Of a stretch of DNA of 62,261 nt, positions 38,118 to 47,523 are shown piece by piece (the stretch's first letter is position 1; every line of letters starts with the position of its first letter). The notes under the pieces were generated by a model, which made no database searches, was not told the origin of the DNA, and saw nothing but the letters and a program-made list of their open reading frames with translations. A program made the position numbers and the translations under genes. Source of the stretch: an uncultured Bilophila sp. (GTDB lineage Bacteria; Desulfobacterota; Desulfovibrionia; Desulfovibrionales; Desulfovibrionaceae); NCBI GenBank assembly GCA_959604115.1, contig CAUHBW010000001.1, forward strand, positions 1-62,261, written 5' to 3'.

Positions 38118-39059
38118 ATGCCCTGGAAGCACGACTATACGCTTACGGATGAAGTTTCGCCTTCCGACATCGTCTGGCCTTCCGGCAAGGCCGCCGTGTC
38201 CATCGTGGTGGACTACGGCGTGCCCGCCGGGGCGGACGGCATCGACGAGGCGGCAATCGCCTTCGCCCAGACCGTGTGGGGCCGTTCGGTTTCCGGCGAC
38301 TGGCTCATCGACTGCCTGAACGCCCGCGGGGTGAAGGCCACGTTCGCCGTTCCGCTGGCGATGGCCCGCGCCTTCCCGGACAGCGTGCGCCGGGCGCGCG
38401 AGGCCGGACATGAAATCGCCGCCGGGTCCTTTGCCAAGGAGGACGTGGCGCGCCTCTCCCCCGACGAGGAACGGGAACGCATCGAGCGGACGTTCTCCGG
38501 GCTTGCCGAGCTGACGGGCGCACGGCCCGCCGGGTGGTTTTCGCTGCCGCGCACCAGGGACGAGCATCCGGGCGGCTCCGTTTCCGACGCCACCGCCGAA
38601 CTTCTGCGGACATACGGATGCGAATACATGGGCAATTCGATGGCGGACGACATCCCGCACTACTGGATCACGGATTTCGAGCGGCGGCGGACACTGCTCG
38701 CCCTGCCCTACTACTACGCGATGGACGCGCAGTTCTTCGTCTTCTTCCCCGGCATCGGCAAAGGGAGCGGTCTGGTGCAGGCGCGCACGCTCCGGGAAAA
38801 CTGGTCCGCCGAACTGGAAGGCGTGCGCCGGTACGGACGGCAGGCGACGTTCGTGCTCCAGCCCTATCTCATGGAGTTCGGAGCGGCCCGGCAGGTTCTG
38901 GACGGGCTTCTGGAGGCGATAGCGGGGGACGCCGATCTGTGGCTCGCCACGTCGGCGGAATGCGCCGCCTACTGGAAGCGGGCCTACCCGCCGGAGCGGA
39001 CGTTGCGCTTTGAAAAGGCGGCATGGCCCGACGAGGGCCCGGAACCATCCAACCCGTGA
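38118..39059 (+). CDS. CE4/PuuE-like paralog lacking the catalytic metal ligands
   Basis: WPSG.AAVSIVVD, GVKATFAVP, GHEIAAGSFAKE, RPAGW, ADDIPHY, VLQPY. Confidence 0.8.
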   Translation: MPWKHDYTLTDEVSPSDIVWPSGKAAVSIVVDYGVPAGADGIDEAAIAFAQTVWGRSVSGDWLIDCLNARGVKATFAVPLAMARAFPDSVRRAREAGHEIAAGSFAKEDVARLSPDEERERIERTFSGLAELTGARPAGWFSLPRTRDEHPGGSVSDATAELLRTYGCEYMGNSMADDIPHYWITDFERRRTLLALPYYYAMDAQFFVFFPGIGKGSGLVQARTLRENWSAELEGVRRYGRQATFVLQPYLMEFGAARQVLDGLLEAIAGDADLWLATSAECAAYWKRAYPPERTLRFEKAAWPDEGPEPSNP

Positions 39060-39069
39060 GGAGGACGCT

Positions 39070-39900
39070 GTGGAACTGCGACATCTGTTTGGTCTGCAAG
39101 GGAAAACCGCCATCGTAACCGGAGCTTCGGGCGCGCTCGGCGGGGCCGCCGTGCGGGCGATGGTCATGGCCGGGGCCAATGTGGCGGCGTGCTGCAACAC
39201 CAGCCGGGGACGGCTGGACGCGCTGCTGGCCGAGCTGGGCGACGTCCCCGTGACGGTGAAGCCCTACCGGGTGGACTCGTTCGACCGGGAGGCCATCCTT
39301 CGGCATGCCGAGGACGTGGTACGCGATTTCGGCGGGATCGACGTGGTGATCAACACCGCCGGGGGCAATGTGAAGGGAGGCTACTACACGGACGAACAGA
39401 CCATCTTCGATCTCGACGCCAAGCCCCTGTTCGATACGGTGACGCTCAACCTGTTCGGAGGCTGCTTCTGGCCCTGTCTCGCCTATGGAGCAAAGATGGT
39501 TGACAATCCCGACGGCGGGTCGATCGTCAATTTCAGCTCGATCAGCGCGTTTACCGCCGTCCGGGGGCACATCGCCTACGCCGCCGCCAAGGCCGGAGTG
39601 AGCAGCCTCACCCGGTCCCTCGCCGCGCACTTCGCCCGCGACTTCAACCCGAAACTGCGCGTGAACGCCGTGGCTCCCGGCTTCTTCCCGAACAACAACC
39701 CGGCGCAGATGCTGTTCAATCCCGACGGCAGCCATCGTCCCAAGGCCCAGCGCGGCGTGGACGCCACGCCCATGCACCGGATGGGCGAGCCCAACGAACT
39801 CATGGGGACGCTGATCTGGCTGGCCTCGGACGCCTCGTCCTACGTCACGGGCCTCACCGTGACCGTGGACGGCGGTTACCTGCTCGATTCCCCGGCCTGA
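39070..39900 (+). CDS. Short-chain dehydrogenase/reductase (sugar-acid/mannonate oxidoreductase-like subgroup)
   Basis: GTG start; TGASGALG, NTAGGN, NFSS, YAAAK, RVNAVAPGFF, TPM.RMGEP.EL. Confidence 0.9.
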   Translation: MELRHLFGLQGKTAIVTGASGALGGAAVRAMVMAGANVAACCNTSRGRLDALLAELGDVPVTVKPYRVDSFDREAILRHAEDVVRDFGGIDVVINTAGGNVKGGYYTDEQTIFDLDAKPLFDTVTLNLFGGCFWPCLAYGAKMVDNPDGGSIVNFSSISAFTAVRGHIAYAAAKAGVSSLTRSLAAHFARDFNPKLRVNAVAPGFFPNNNPAQMLFNPDGSHRPKAQRGVDATPMHRMGEPNELMGTLIWLASDASSYVTGLTVTVDGGYLLDSPA

Positions 39901-39973
39901 TTGACGCCAGAAAAACTTTTTCTCGAACTTGTCCGGACGACCACAGATGTCGCCCCGCCTTGATGCCGTTTTC

Positions 39974-40013
39974 AAAGCCTCCGCAGCAACAGCCTGCGGA
40001 GGCTTTTCCTTTT
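39974..40013 (+). terminator. Intrinsic terminator
   Basis: AAAGCCTCCGCAG-caacagc-CTGCGGAGGCTTTT. Confidence 0.8.
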
Positions 40014-40478
40014 ATTTCATATTATTGCCGAAGGGAGTGAAAAGGCTCCCAGTGGACTGGGGCCACGTGCCGAAGCCCCAGCGCCGAAAATCGGCAGAAG
40101 CTCCATGCCTTGCAAGACGCTCCAACGATTCTCCCCACCCGCGACTCCTCTTACGCAAGACGCCCTTCCCTATCCATACAAGGCTCTCCTCCCCTTTGGG
40201 CTGCGCAGCCAGTGCGAATCATAGTCACCCTGCGCCTCAATCCGCCCTCCTCCCCGTCCGCTGAGGCCCATACCTTTAATGCTGACCGTCTGTTTCTTCA
40301 TCACCCGAGTTTATAAGGGAAATTCGCTGTTCGAAGATTTCCGTTCCACAGAAACTTTCCGCCTCCCATAAGCTCGCGACCATTGCTTCCGACTGCGTTT
40401 CTTGAGGCCAAATATGTCTGATATTTCTATTTGTTTGTAATTACAGATAAAAATATCCACTCTTTTTTTCAAAAAGAC

Positions 40479-40511
40479 TTGACACGTTTTTCTTTGTTTC
40501 ATAATGTGAAA
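40479..40511 (+). promoter_or_regulatory. Sigma70 promoter of the GRE operon with an overlapping IclR-type palindrome
   Basis: TTGACA (40479)-17 bp-TAATGT; TTTCA-TAATG-TGAAA at 40497-40511. Confidence 0.7.
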
Positions 40512-40557
40512 TTACGGTTTGTTTATTAAAACATATTTCGTCAATGGAGGGACTCCG

Positions 40558-42951
40558 ATGAAGGACCTGACGAAAGACGCGAAGATGCCCGCCCGGGTGT
40601 TCGAGCTCAAGAAGGCGTTTTTTGAAATCCGCCCGGCAATCTGTCTGGAAGCGGCCAAGGCCAAGACGGACGTCTTTCGGGAAACCGAGGGCGAACCCTA
40701 CATCATCCGCCGTGCCAAGGCCTTCAAGCGGCATTGCGAAACCAAGACCGTCAGAGTGCTTCCCCATGAGCTGATCGTGGGCAACGCCGGTTCTCTGCCG
40801 CGCACGGCGTGCATTCCTCCGGAACTGACCCCGGATCTGATCGACGAGCTGGATACCGTTCAGACGCGCTCGCAGGACCCGTTCGACATCACCGAGGAAC
40901 AGAAGAAGCTCTACCGGGAGTACATCTATCCCTATTGGAAGGATCGGACGCTGGCCTCCTATTTCTTCAAGCAGCTTCCGCCGTTCACCCGGGAAATCGT
41001 CGAAACCGGCGGCATCCTCGACCCCGGCATCAAGTACATGTGCCCTCCCGGCGACATGGTTCCCGCCTTCCCCTACATCTTCGAAAAGGGCATCGGCGGC
41101 ATCCGCAAGGAGGCGGAGGAAGGACTCGCCCGGCTTGATCTCGCCCGTGTGGCGCAGGACTACGACAAGAAGCATTTTCTCGAATCCGTCATCCTGTGCT
41201 GCGACGGCCTCGGCGCCTTGTTCAGACGTTACGGCGACGCCTGCCTTGGCGAAATGGCCCACGAAAGCGACGACGCCCGCAAGGCCGAACTGCGGCTCAT
41301 GGGCGAAGGCTGCCGCCGCATCGCCACGGAGCCGCCGTCCAGTTTCCTCGAAGCCGTACAGCTGGTGTATTTCGTGCTCGTCGCCCTGCACATCGAAGGC
41401 AACGCGGGCGGGTATTCGCCGGGACGTCTGGATCAGTACCTGTATCCGTTCTATCGCGCGGACTTCGACAAGGGCGTCATCGACAACTCGCGGGCGCTGG
41501 AAATTCTCGGCGCGTACTGGGTCAAGAGCGGCGAGCAGAACTGGTTCTACTCTGCGGAAATCACAAAGCACTACGCCGGGATGAGCGGTTTCCACAACAC
41601 CTGCCTCGGCGGCACGACCGTGGACGGTCTGGATGCCGCCAACGAGCTGAGCTACCTCATGCTGCAGGCCACCATCGATCTCCAGATGATGGACCCCTCG
41701 CTCTCGGTCCGCCTCAGCAGGCGCAATCATGAAGACTTTTTCCTCAAGGTCGCGGAATGCGTCCAGACCGGGACCGGTTTCCCGTCCATCCATTCCGATA
41801 CGGTCGGGACGGAAACCGCGATGACCAAGGGCATTCCGCCTCAGGTCGCCAAGGACTGGGCCCCCATCGGCTGCGTGGAAGTGCAGGCCCCCGGCATGAC
41901 CTATCAGTGGAGCTCCTCCGGCCACTACAACCTCGGCACGGTCGTCGAATACGCCCTGTCCGACGGCATCCACCGCAAGACGGGCAAGCGTTTCGGGCTC
42001 CAGACCGGCGATCCGACTTCCTTTGAGACGTACGAACAGTTCCACGACGCGGTCTACAGGCAGATCGACTTCACGCTCGAACAGTTCAACGTGATCCAGA
42101 GCCTGCTTGAAGTCCTCCATTACAACTACCTGCAATGCCCCGTCGCCTCCATGTTCACGCTGGACTGCGTGGCGAACGCCAGGGATCTCACGCACGGCGG
42201 CGCGCGCTACAACACCGGCCCCGGCATCAACGGCAACGGCGTGGCCGACTTCGCGGACTCGCTGGCCGCAGTCAAGAAGCTGGTCTTTGAAGAAAAGAAG
42301 ATTCCCATGAGCACGCTGGTCGCCGCGCTCGAAAACGATTTCGTCGGCTACGAGGACGTGCGGGCCATGCTGATCGAACAGGCCCCCAAGTGGGGCAACG
42401 ACGATCCGTACGTGGACGGGCTCCAGACAGAAATGTGCCAATACCTTTCCGAAAAGTGCCGCAGCTACAGGGGACTGCTGGGCAACCCCAAGCTCCCCGC
42501 GCTGTATCCGGTTTCCTCCAACGTGCCTCAGGGCATGGCCGTCGGCGCGCTGCCGTCCGGCCGCAAGGCGTACACTCCCCTCGCCGACGGCTGTTCGCCC
42601 TCGCAGGGCCGCGACAGGAAGGGCCCCACGTCCGTGCTGAAGTCGCTCTCCTATATGCCGCACACCATCATCGACGGCGGGACGCTGCTGAACATGAAGT
42701 TCTCCCCCTCGTCCGTGGCCGGAATGCAGGGGCGGCACCGCCTCTCCGCGTTTTTGAAGACGTTCCTTGATCTGGACATCTTCCATATCCAGTTCAACGT
42801 CGTCGGCCATCAGGTGCTCCGGTGCGCCCAGCAGCATCCCGAAGACTACAAGTCGCTCATCGTCCGGGTCGCCGGATACAGCGCCTACTTCGTCGATCTG
42901 AGCCGCGAGGTGCAGGAGGACGTCATCGCCAGAACCGTACACGAAATATAG
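40558..42951 (+). CDS. Glycyl radical enzyme, eliminase class, substrate unassigned
   Basis: Gly loop LIVRVAGYSAYF, Cys loop IGCVEVQ, SPGRLDQYL, PKWGNDD, HIQFNVV; RBS GGAGG; 797 aa. Confidence 0.95.
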   Translation: MKDLTKDAKMPARVFELKKAFFEIRPAICLEAAKAKTDVFRETEGEPYIIRRAKAFKRHCETKTVRVLPHELIVGNAGSLPRTACIPPELTPDLIDELDTVQTRSQDPFDITEEQKKLYREYIYPYWKDRTLASYFFKQLPPFTREIVETGGILDPGIKYMCPPGDMVPAFPYIFEKGIGGIRKEAEEGLARLDLARVAQDYDKKHFLESVILCCDGLGALFRRYGDACLGEMAHESDDARKAELRLMGEGCRRIATEPPSSFLEAVQLVYFVLVALHIEGNAGGYSPGRLDQYLYPFYRADFDKGVIDNSRALEILGAYWVKSGEQNWFYSAEITKHYAGMSGFHNTCLGGTTVDGLDAANELSYLMLQATIDLQMMDPSLSVRLSRRNHEDFFLKVAECVQTGTGFPSIHSDTVGTETAMTKGIPPQVAKDWAPIGCVEVQAPGMTYQWSSSGHYNLGTVVEYALSDGIHRKTGKRFGLQTGDPTSFETYEQFHDAVYRQIDFTLEQFNVIQSLLEVLHYNYLQCPVASMFTLDCVANARDLTHGGARYNTGPGINGNGVADFADSLAAVKKLVFEEKKIPMSTLVAALENDFVGYEDVRAMLIEQAPKWGNDDPYVDGLQTEMCQYLSEKCRSYRGLLGNPKLPALYPVSSNVPQGMAVGALPSGRKAYTPLADGCSPSQGRDRKGPTSVLKSLSYMPHTIIDGGTLLNMKFSPSSVAGMQGRHRLSAFLKTFLDLDIFHIQFNVVGHQVLRCAQQHPEDYKSLIVRVAGYSAYFVDLSREVQEDVIARTVHEI

Positions 42952-43024
42952 GCCGCAGCCGCCCCGGCCTCCCCTCCGGGGCGGCTGCCTCCTGAACGCT
43001 CACCAACAGCGGGAGACAGGCGCC

Positions 43025-43939
43025 ATGATTGCAGGACGGATTCTCAACATACAGCATTTTTGTATTCACGATGGACCGGGCATCCGCACGACCGTCTTCT
43101 TCAAAGGATGCCCGCTGCACTGCCTGTGGTGCTCAAACCCCAACATGCAGCGGTTCGAAAGGGAACTCGCCTACGCCAAAACCCGCTGCATCGGGTGCGG
43201 GTCATGTGTCAGGGGCTGTCCCGAACGGTGCCTCGCGCTGACGGAGGACGGGCTCGTCGTCGACCGCGAACGCTGCACCCTGTGCGGAAAGTGTACCGAC
43301 GTCTGCCCCGGCAAGGCGATCCGTTTCGACGGGATCGACATGACGGTGGAGCAGGTGATGGACGAAGTGTCCCAAGACAGAGCCTTCTACCGGAATTCCG
43401 GGGGCGGGGTCACGCTCTCGGGCGGCGAGGCTCTGTCCCAAAAGGACTTTACCGTTGCGCTGCTGCGGGCCTGCAAGGACGCCGGGCTGCACACCGCTCT
43501 CGAAACGACCGCCTGTGTCCCCTACGACCGTTTTCTTGAGACGGTCGAACTCGTGGATCACCTGTTCATCGATGTGAAGCATTTTTCCGCCGAGAAGCAC
43601 AAGGCCGTCACGGGCGCGGACAACGCGACGATCCTCGAAAACGTCCGGCGGATACAGCGCGCGCACCCGAACGTGCACATCCGCATCCCGGTCATTCCGA
43701 CCATCAACGACACGGAAGCCGAACTGGAAGCCATCGCCCGTTTCCTCGATCCGCTCTCCGGCGTCAGAGACATCGAACTGCTGCAATACCATGATCTGGG
43801 ACTGGCGAAGTACGAACAGATCGGAAGGCCCTATCCGCTCGCGGGGATCGCCAAGTACGATCTCGCGCGCCTTGAAGCTCTGGTCGCCTTTTTCAGGGAA
43901 AAGTGCCCCTCCCGCGAGGTGCTCTGTCAGGCATCGTAA
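43025..43939 (+). CDS. Glycyl-radical activating enzyme (radical SAM with 2[4Fe-4S] insert)
   Basis: HDGPGIRTTVFFKGCPLHCLWCSNP, CIGCGSCVRGCP, CTLCGKCTDVCP, GGVTLSGGE. Confidence 0.96.
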   Translation: MIAGRILNIQHFCIHDGPGIRTTVFFKGCPLHCLWCSNPNMQRFERELAYAKTRCIGCGSCVRGCPERCLALTEDGLVVDRERCTLCGKCTDVCPGKAIRFDGIDMTVEQVMDEVSQDRAFYRNSGGGVTLSGGEALSQKDFTVALLRACKDAGLHTALETTACVPYDRFLETVELVDHLFIDVKHFSAEKHKAVTGADNATILENVRRIQRAHPNVHIRIPVIPTINDTEAELEAIARFLDPLSGVRDIELLQYHDLGLAKYEQIGRPYPLAGIAKYDLARLEALVAFFREKCPSREVLCQAS

Positions 43940-43953
43940 ACCAAGGAGCCGAT

Positions 43954-44304
43954 ATGGAAGCAAAGGAAATCCTCTTTTTCGCGCCTCCCGACGAGCGGGA
44001 AGGCGTGCGGCGCATCAGGACGGACGGCGGGGCGGAGGACGTCCTGTACAACCTCTACACGAACAGGACCGAATCCGGCGAGGTCGTTTCCGGCTATTGG
44101 GAATGCTTCAAGGGCAAAATCGTCATCGAATCCTACCCGATGGACGAAATCTGCTTCATCACCGAAGGTTCCGCAACACTTATCGGCAAAGGAGGCGAGG
44201 AACGCACGCTGCGTCCGGGAGACGTCGTACTCATTCCCAAGGGTGCGTATTCGCACTGGGTCATCCCGGAACGTGTGAAAAAAGTCTATTTCATCGCACG
44301 CTGA
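43954..44304 (+). CDS. Small cupin (EutQ/DUF861-like)
   Basis: SGYWEC..G.......DE.CFI.EG.A.L.....E...L.PGD...IPKG....W. Confidence 0.85.
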   Translation: MEAKEILFFAPPDEREGVRRIRTDGGAEDVLYNLYTNRTESGEVVSGYWECFKGKIVIESYPMDEICFITEGSATLIGKGGEERTLRPGDVVLIPKGAYSHWVIPERVKKVYFIAR

Positions 44305-44358
44305 CGCCGTGCCCCGAGGCCGGTTCTTCCCCCCAAAAATCAACACTGTGAGGGAGTC

Positions 44359-45384
44359 ATGTCTTATTTCCGTACGTTGAAGAGCCTCATCGCCGCGCTG
44401 TGCCTTTCCCTGATCGCGCTGGTCCCCGCGCACGCCAAGGAAGTCGTGAAGTTCGCTCAGGCCAACCAGTTCCGCCTGTTGGGCTACGGCACCGAGCACG
44501 TCGGCGTGTACCCGTTTCTGGGCGTCCTTCAGTATTACATGCAACTCCCCGAAATCAAGGGCAAGTACGAATTCAAGCACGTCGGCAACGTGTACAAGTC
44601 CCCCAACGAATGCCTGACAGCGGTCGCTTCCGGAGCCGTGCAGATCAGCTACTCCGGCCCCGCGTTTCTGGAGCAGTTCAATCCGAACTGGAAGGTCGCG
44701 TCCGCGCCCGGCCTGTTCGAGAACTTCGAGCACTTTCAGCGCACGGTGAACACCCCGGCGTGGCAGAAGATGGTCAAGGAGCTTGAGGAAAAGCAGAACA
44801 TCAAGGTCATCAAGTGGATCGGAAGCCTCGGCAGCTTCATGCTTTTCACCAACAAGCCCATCAGCACGGTCGAGGACGTCGCCGGTCTGCGCATCCGCTA
44901 CAACGGGGCCACGGGCTACGCCGCCGCGCTGAACAAGTTCAAGACCACTCCCGTCGCCCTGCCGTTCACCGAAGTCGTTTCCGCGCTCCAGACGAACATG
45001 ATCGACGGCCTCATCAGCGAAATCCAGGCCGCCCCGTGGTACGATCTGCCCCGCTACGCCAAGAATCTGGTCCCCATCACCTGGGTTTCCTCCCCGATGT
45101 GCCTCATCGTCAACGCCAAGTGGTGGAACGGCCTCGACAAGACCGCCAGGGAAATCTTCACCTACGCCCTGATGACGCCGAGCACCCATCAGTTCCTTGA
45201 CGAGGACGAGGCCCGCCAGATCGACGAATGGGGCACCACGACGCCCAGTACGGAAAAGTCCTCGCTTTCGCCCGAAGAAACCAAGCGCTGGAAGGAGCTG
45301 CTGCACGAAGCCGGAGCCGAATTCGTGAAGGACGTTCCGGCCGAGCTGCTGCAGGCCGCCGAAGCCTGCCGCGCGAAGAACTGA
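44359..45384 (+). CDS. dctP: TRAP substrate-binding protein
   Basis: Signal peptide; KPI..VED..GLRIR, PFTEVVSALQT.MIDG. Confidence 0.88.
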   Translation: MSYFRTLKSLIAALCLSLIALVPAHAKEVVKFAQANQFRLLGYGTEHVGVYPFLGVLQYYMQLPEIKGKYEFKHVGNVYKSPNECLTAVASGAVQISYSGPAFLEQFNPNWKVASAPGLFENFEHFQRTVNTPAWQKMVKELEEKQNIKVIKWIGSLGSFMLFTNKPISTVEDVAGLRIRYNGATGYAAALNKFKTTPVALPFTEVVSALQTNMIDGLISEIQAAPWYDLPRYAKNLVPITWVSSPMCLIVNAKWWNGLDKTAREIFTYALMTPSTHQFLDEDEARQIDEWGTTTPSTEKSSLSPEETKRWKELLHEAGAEFVKDVPAELLQAAEACRAKN

Positions 45385-45590
45385 ACACGCTCCGGATGGC
45401 GGCCCTCCGCCGGACGGCCCGCCTCCGCTCCCGGCACCCGCGATACGGATCATGACCGACGCCGCGCCGGACGCATTCCCCCCTCCCCGCGCCGGGGAAG
45501 GAAAACCCCGTTCCCTTCCCCGGCGCCCCATCCGGAGGCATGCGCCCGGCCCCGAAAAACCGCCCTAACCGTCAACAGAGAGGACGCGCT

Positions 45591-46070
45591 ATGAAGTCAC
45601 TGATCGACAGATGCATCAAGGGGTGGATCGTCTTTTGGAGCGCTGTTTTTTTCATCGGCGTTTTCATCAATTTCCTCGAGATCATCCTGCGATTCTTCTT
45701 CAGCTATTCCATCGATCTGTTCTACGACATCCCGGTCTGGTGCACCGTCTGGGCGACGCTGCTCGTTTCCGGCCCCATCCTGCTCGACGGCGAACACGTT
45801 TCCATCGACGCCCTGCAGTCCCTCCTCAAGGGCGGCGTCAAGAAGGCTTTCTCCATCCTCAACGCCGCCATCGTGCTCGTGTTCGGAATCGTCTTCACCT
45901 ACGGCGGCATCCTGTTCGTCTCGGAGCTGTACCGCTTCAACACGGTCTATACGCGCTCCATATCCGTCCCTTCGTGGCTGATCGAAGCGTGCGTCCCTCT
46001 GGGGCTGTTCCTCTTCACCTGCTGCGCCGTGTATGATCTGTACAAGAAGATCATGAAGAACAACGATTAA
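45591..46070 (+). CDS. dctQ: TRAP small permease
   Basis: Four TM segments, EIILRFFF, GEHVSID. Confidence 0.85.
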   Translation: MKSLIDRCIKGWIVFWSAVFFIGVFINFLEIILRFFFSYSIDLFYDIPVWCTVWATLLVSGPILLDGEHVSIDALQSLLKGGVKKAFSILNAAIVLVFGIVFTYGGILFVSELYRFNTVYTRSISVPSWLIEACVPLGLFLFTCCAVYDLYKKIMKNND

Positions 46071-46096
46071 CCGCACACACGCCGAAGGGGTCGGTT

Positions 46097-47380
46097 ATGG
46101 ATATCTATGCTTCGTTGGCTCTGGCTTCCGCGGTCGTCATGTTCCTCATCGGGACGCCTCTGGCTGTGACGTTCAGCCTTTCCTCGGTCATCGTCCTGAT
46201 TTACGTCATGGACTTTCCACTGGGAAACATCGCGCAGCTCTTCTTCATTTCCATCAACGGGTACACCCTGCTCGCCATGCCCTTCTTCATTCTCGCGGGC
46301 AACATCATTCTGCGCTGCGACGGGATGCGGCACCTCCGCGACTTCATGAACGGGCTGCTCGGCGGCATTCACGGCGGCATGGCGGCGGCGCTGGTCATCT
46401 TCGCGGCGTTCCTCGGCAGCATTTCCGGTTCCGCCACGGCCTGCCTTGCGGTCATCGGCACGGTATTCGTGCCCATGCTGGTCGAATCCGGCTATTCCCG
46501 CGCCTACGTTTCCGGCCTGACGGTGGTCAACGCGGGGCTCGGCGCGGTCATCCCCCCCAGCGTCTTCCTGATCATTTTCGGCGCGAGCAACCGCGTCTCC
46601 ATCGCCGATCTGTTCATCGGCGGCATCGGACCCGGCCTGCTCGCGGCGTTCCTCATGATCCTCTACGTGCTCTTTTCGTCGAAGAAGCGCGGCTTCCGCT
46701 CCACGATCACCATGCGCCCCGAGGAAAAGCGCAGGGCCTTCATTCGCTCGCTGCCCATCATCTTCATGCCTCTCATCGTGCTCGGCGGCATCTACTCGGG
46801 CGTGTTTTCCCCCACGCAGGCCGCGTCCGTGGCCGTCTTCTACTCGCTCTTCATTTCCGTGGCCTGCTACAAGGGCTTCAAGGCGCGCCACCTGCTCGAC
46901 GCCATCGTCGAAACGACCCGCCTTTCCAGCATGATCTATCTCCTCTGCGTCGGCGGCGAACTGTTCGGCAAGGTCATCGGATACATCGGCGTCCCTCAGA
47001 TGATCACGGAATGGGTCGTGAGCTTCAACTTCGGCCCGGTCACCTTTCTGCTGGTCGCGCAGGCGCTTCTGCTCGGCATGGGCTTTTTCTTCTCCAGCTT
47101 TCCCATGGTCATCATCGTATTGCCGCTGTTCATGCCCAGCGTGCATGCCCTGGGCATCGATCCGGTCCTGTACGGGGTTCTGGCCATCTTCTGCTCCATC
47201 ATCGGAGAAGTGACGCCCCCCATGGGGCCGCAGCTGTGGGTCGCCGGACCAATCTGCAAGGAAAAGATCAGCAATATCATGCGGGAAGCATGGGCTCCGC
47301 TGGGCGTACAGATCGTTTCCCTGCTCATCGTCACCCTCTGTCCCCAGATCTGCCTCTTCCTCGTTGACCTGTCGCGTTAA
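46097..47380 (+). CDS. dctM: TRAP large permease
   Basis: LAMPFFILAG, SISGSATA, VIPPS, GIYSGVFSPT, TPPMG. Confidence 0.92.
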   Translation: MDIYASLALASAVVMFLIGTPLAVTFSLSSVIVLIYVMDFPLGNIAQLFFISINGYTLLAMPFFILAGNIILRCDGMRHLRDFMNGLLGGIHGGMAAALVIFAAFLGSISGSATACLAVIGTVFVPMLVESGYSRAYVSGLTVVNAGLGAVIPPSVFLIIFGASNRVSIADLFIGGIGPGLLAAFLMILYVLFSSKKRGFRSTITMRPEEKRRAFIRSLPIIFMPLIVLGGIYSGVFSPTQAASVAVFYSLFISVACYKGFKARHLLDAIVETTRLSSMIYLLCVGGELFGKVIGYIGVPQMITEWVVSFNFGPVTFLLVAQALLLGMGFFFSSFPMVIIVLPLFMPSVHALGIDPVLYGVLAIFCSIIGEVTPPMGPQLWVAGPICKEKISNIMREAWAPLGVQIVSLLIVTLCPQICLFLVDLSR

Positions 47381-47523
47381 AAAACGGTCGGTTGTTTCGC
47401 TTCCGCAGCGCGCCGTTATCGGAGACCTCGTATGAGGCTTGCTTTATACCCCAAAAACCTCATAGTGAGGAGGCTGATTTCTGACACGGGCCTTCCCCGA
47501 TACCCTCCAATAAGGAAGCGAAT

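Noticed and set aside
40441..42942. Long antisense ORFs (also 3376..5151, 18741..20879, 31598..33820, 53240..55261, 55245..57551)
   Set aside because: Mirror frames of well-supported genes, expected from GC-rich codon bias, with no recognisable motifs.
40558..42951. Naming the GRE cutC, pflB, hypD or islA
   Set aside because: It has a single Cys in the loop (no CC as in PFL), CutC specificity residues are only partly kept, and gene context matches none of these.
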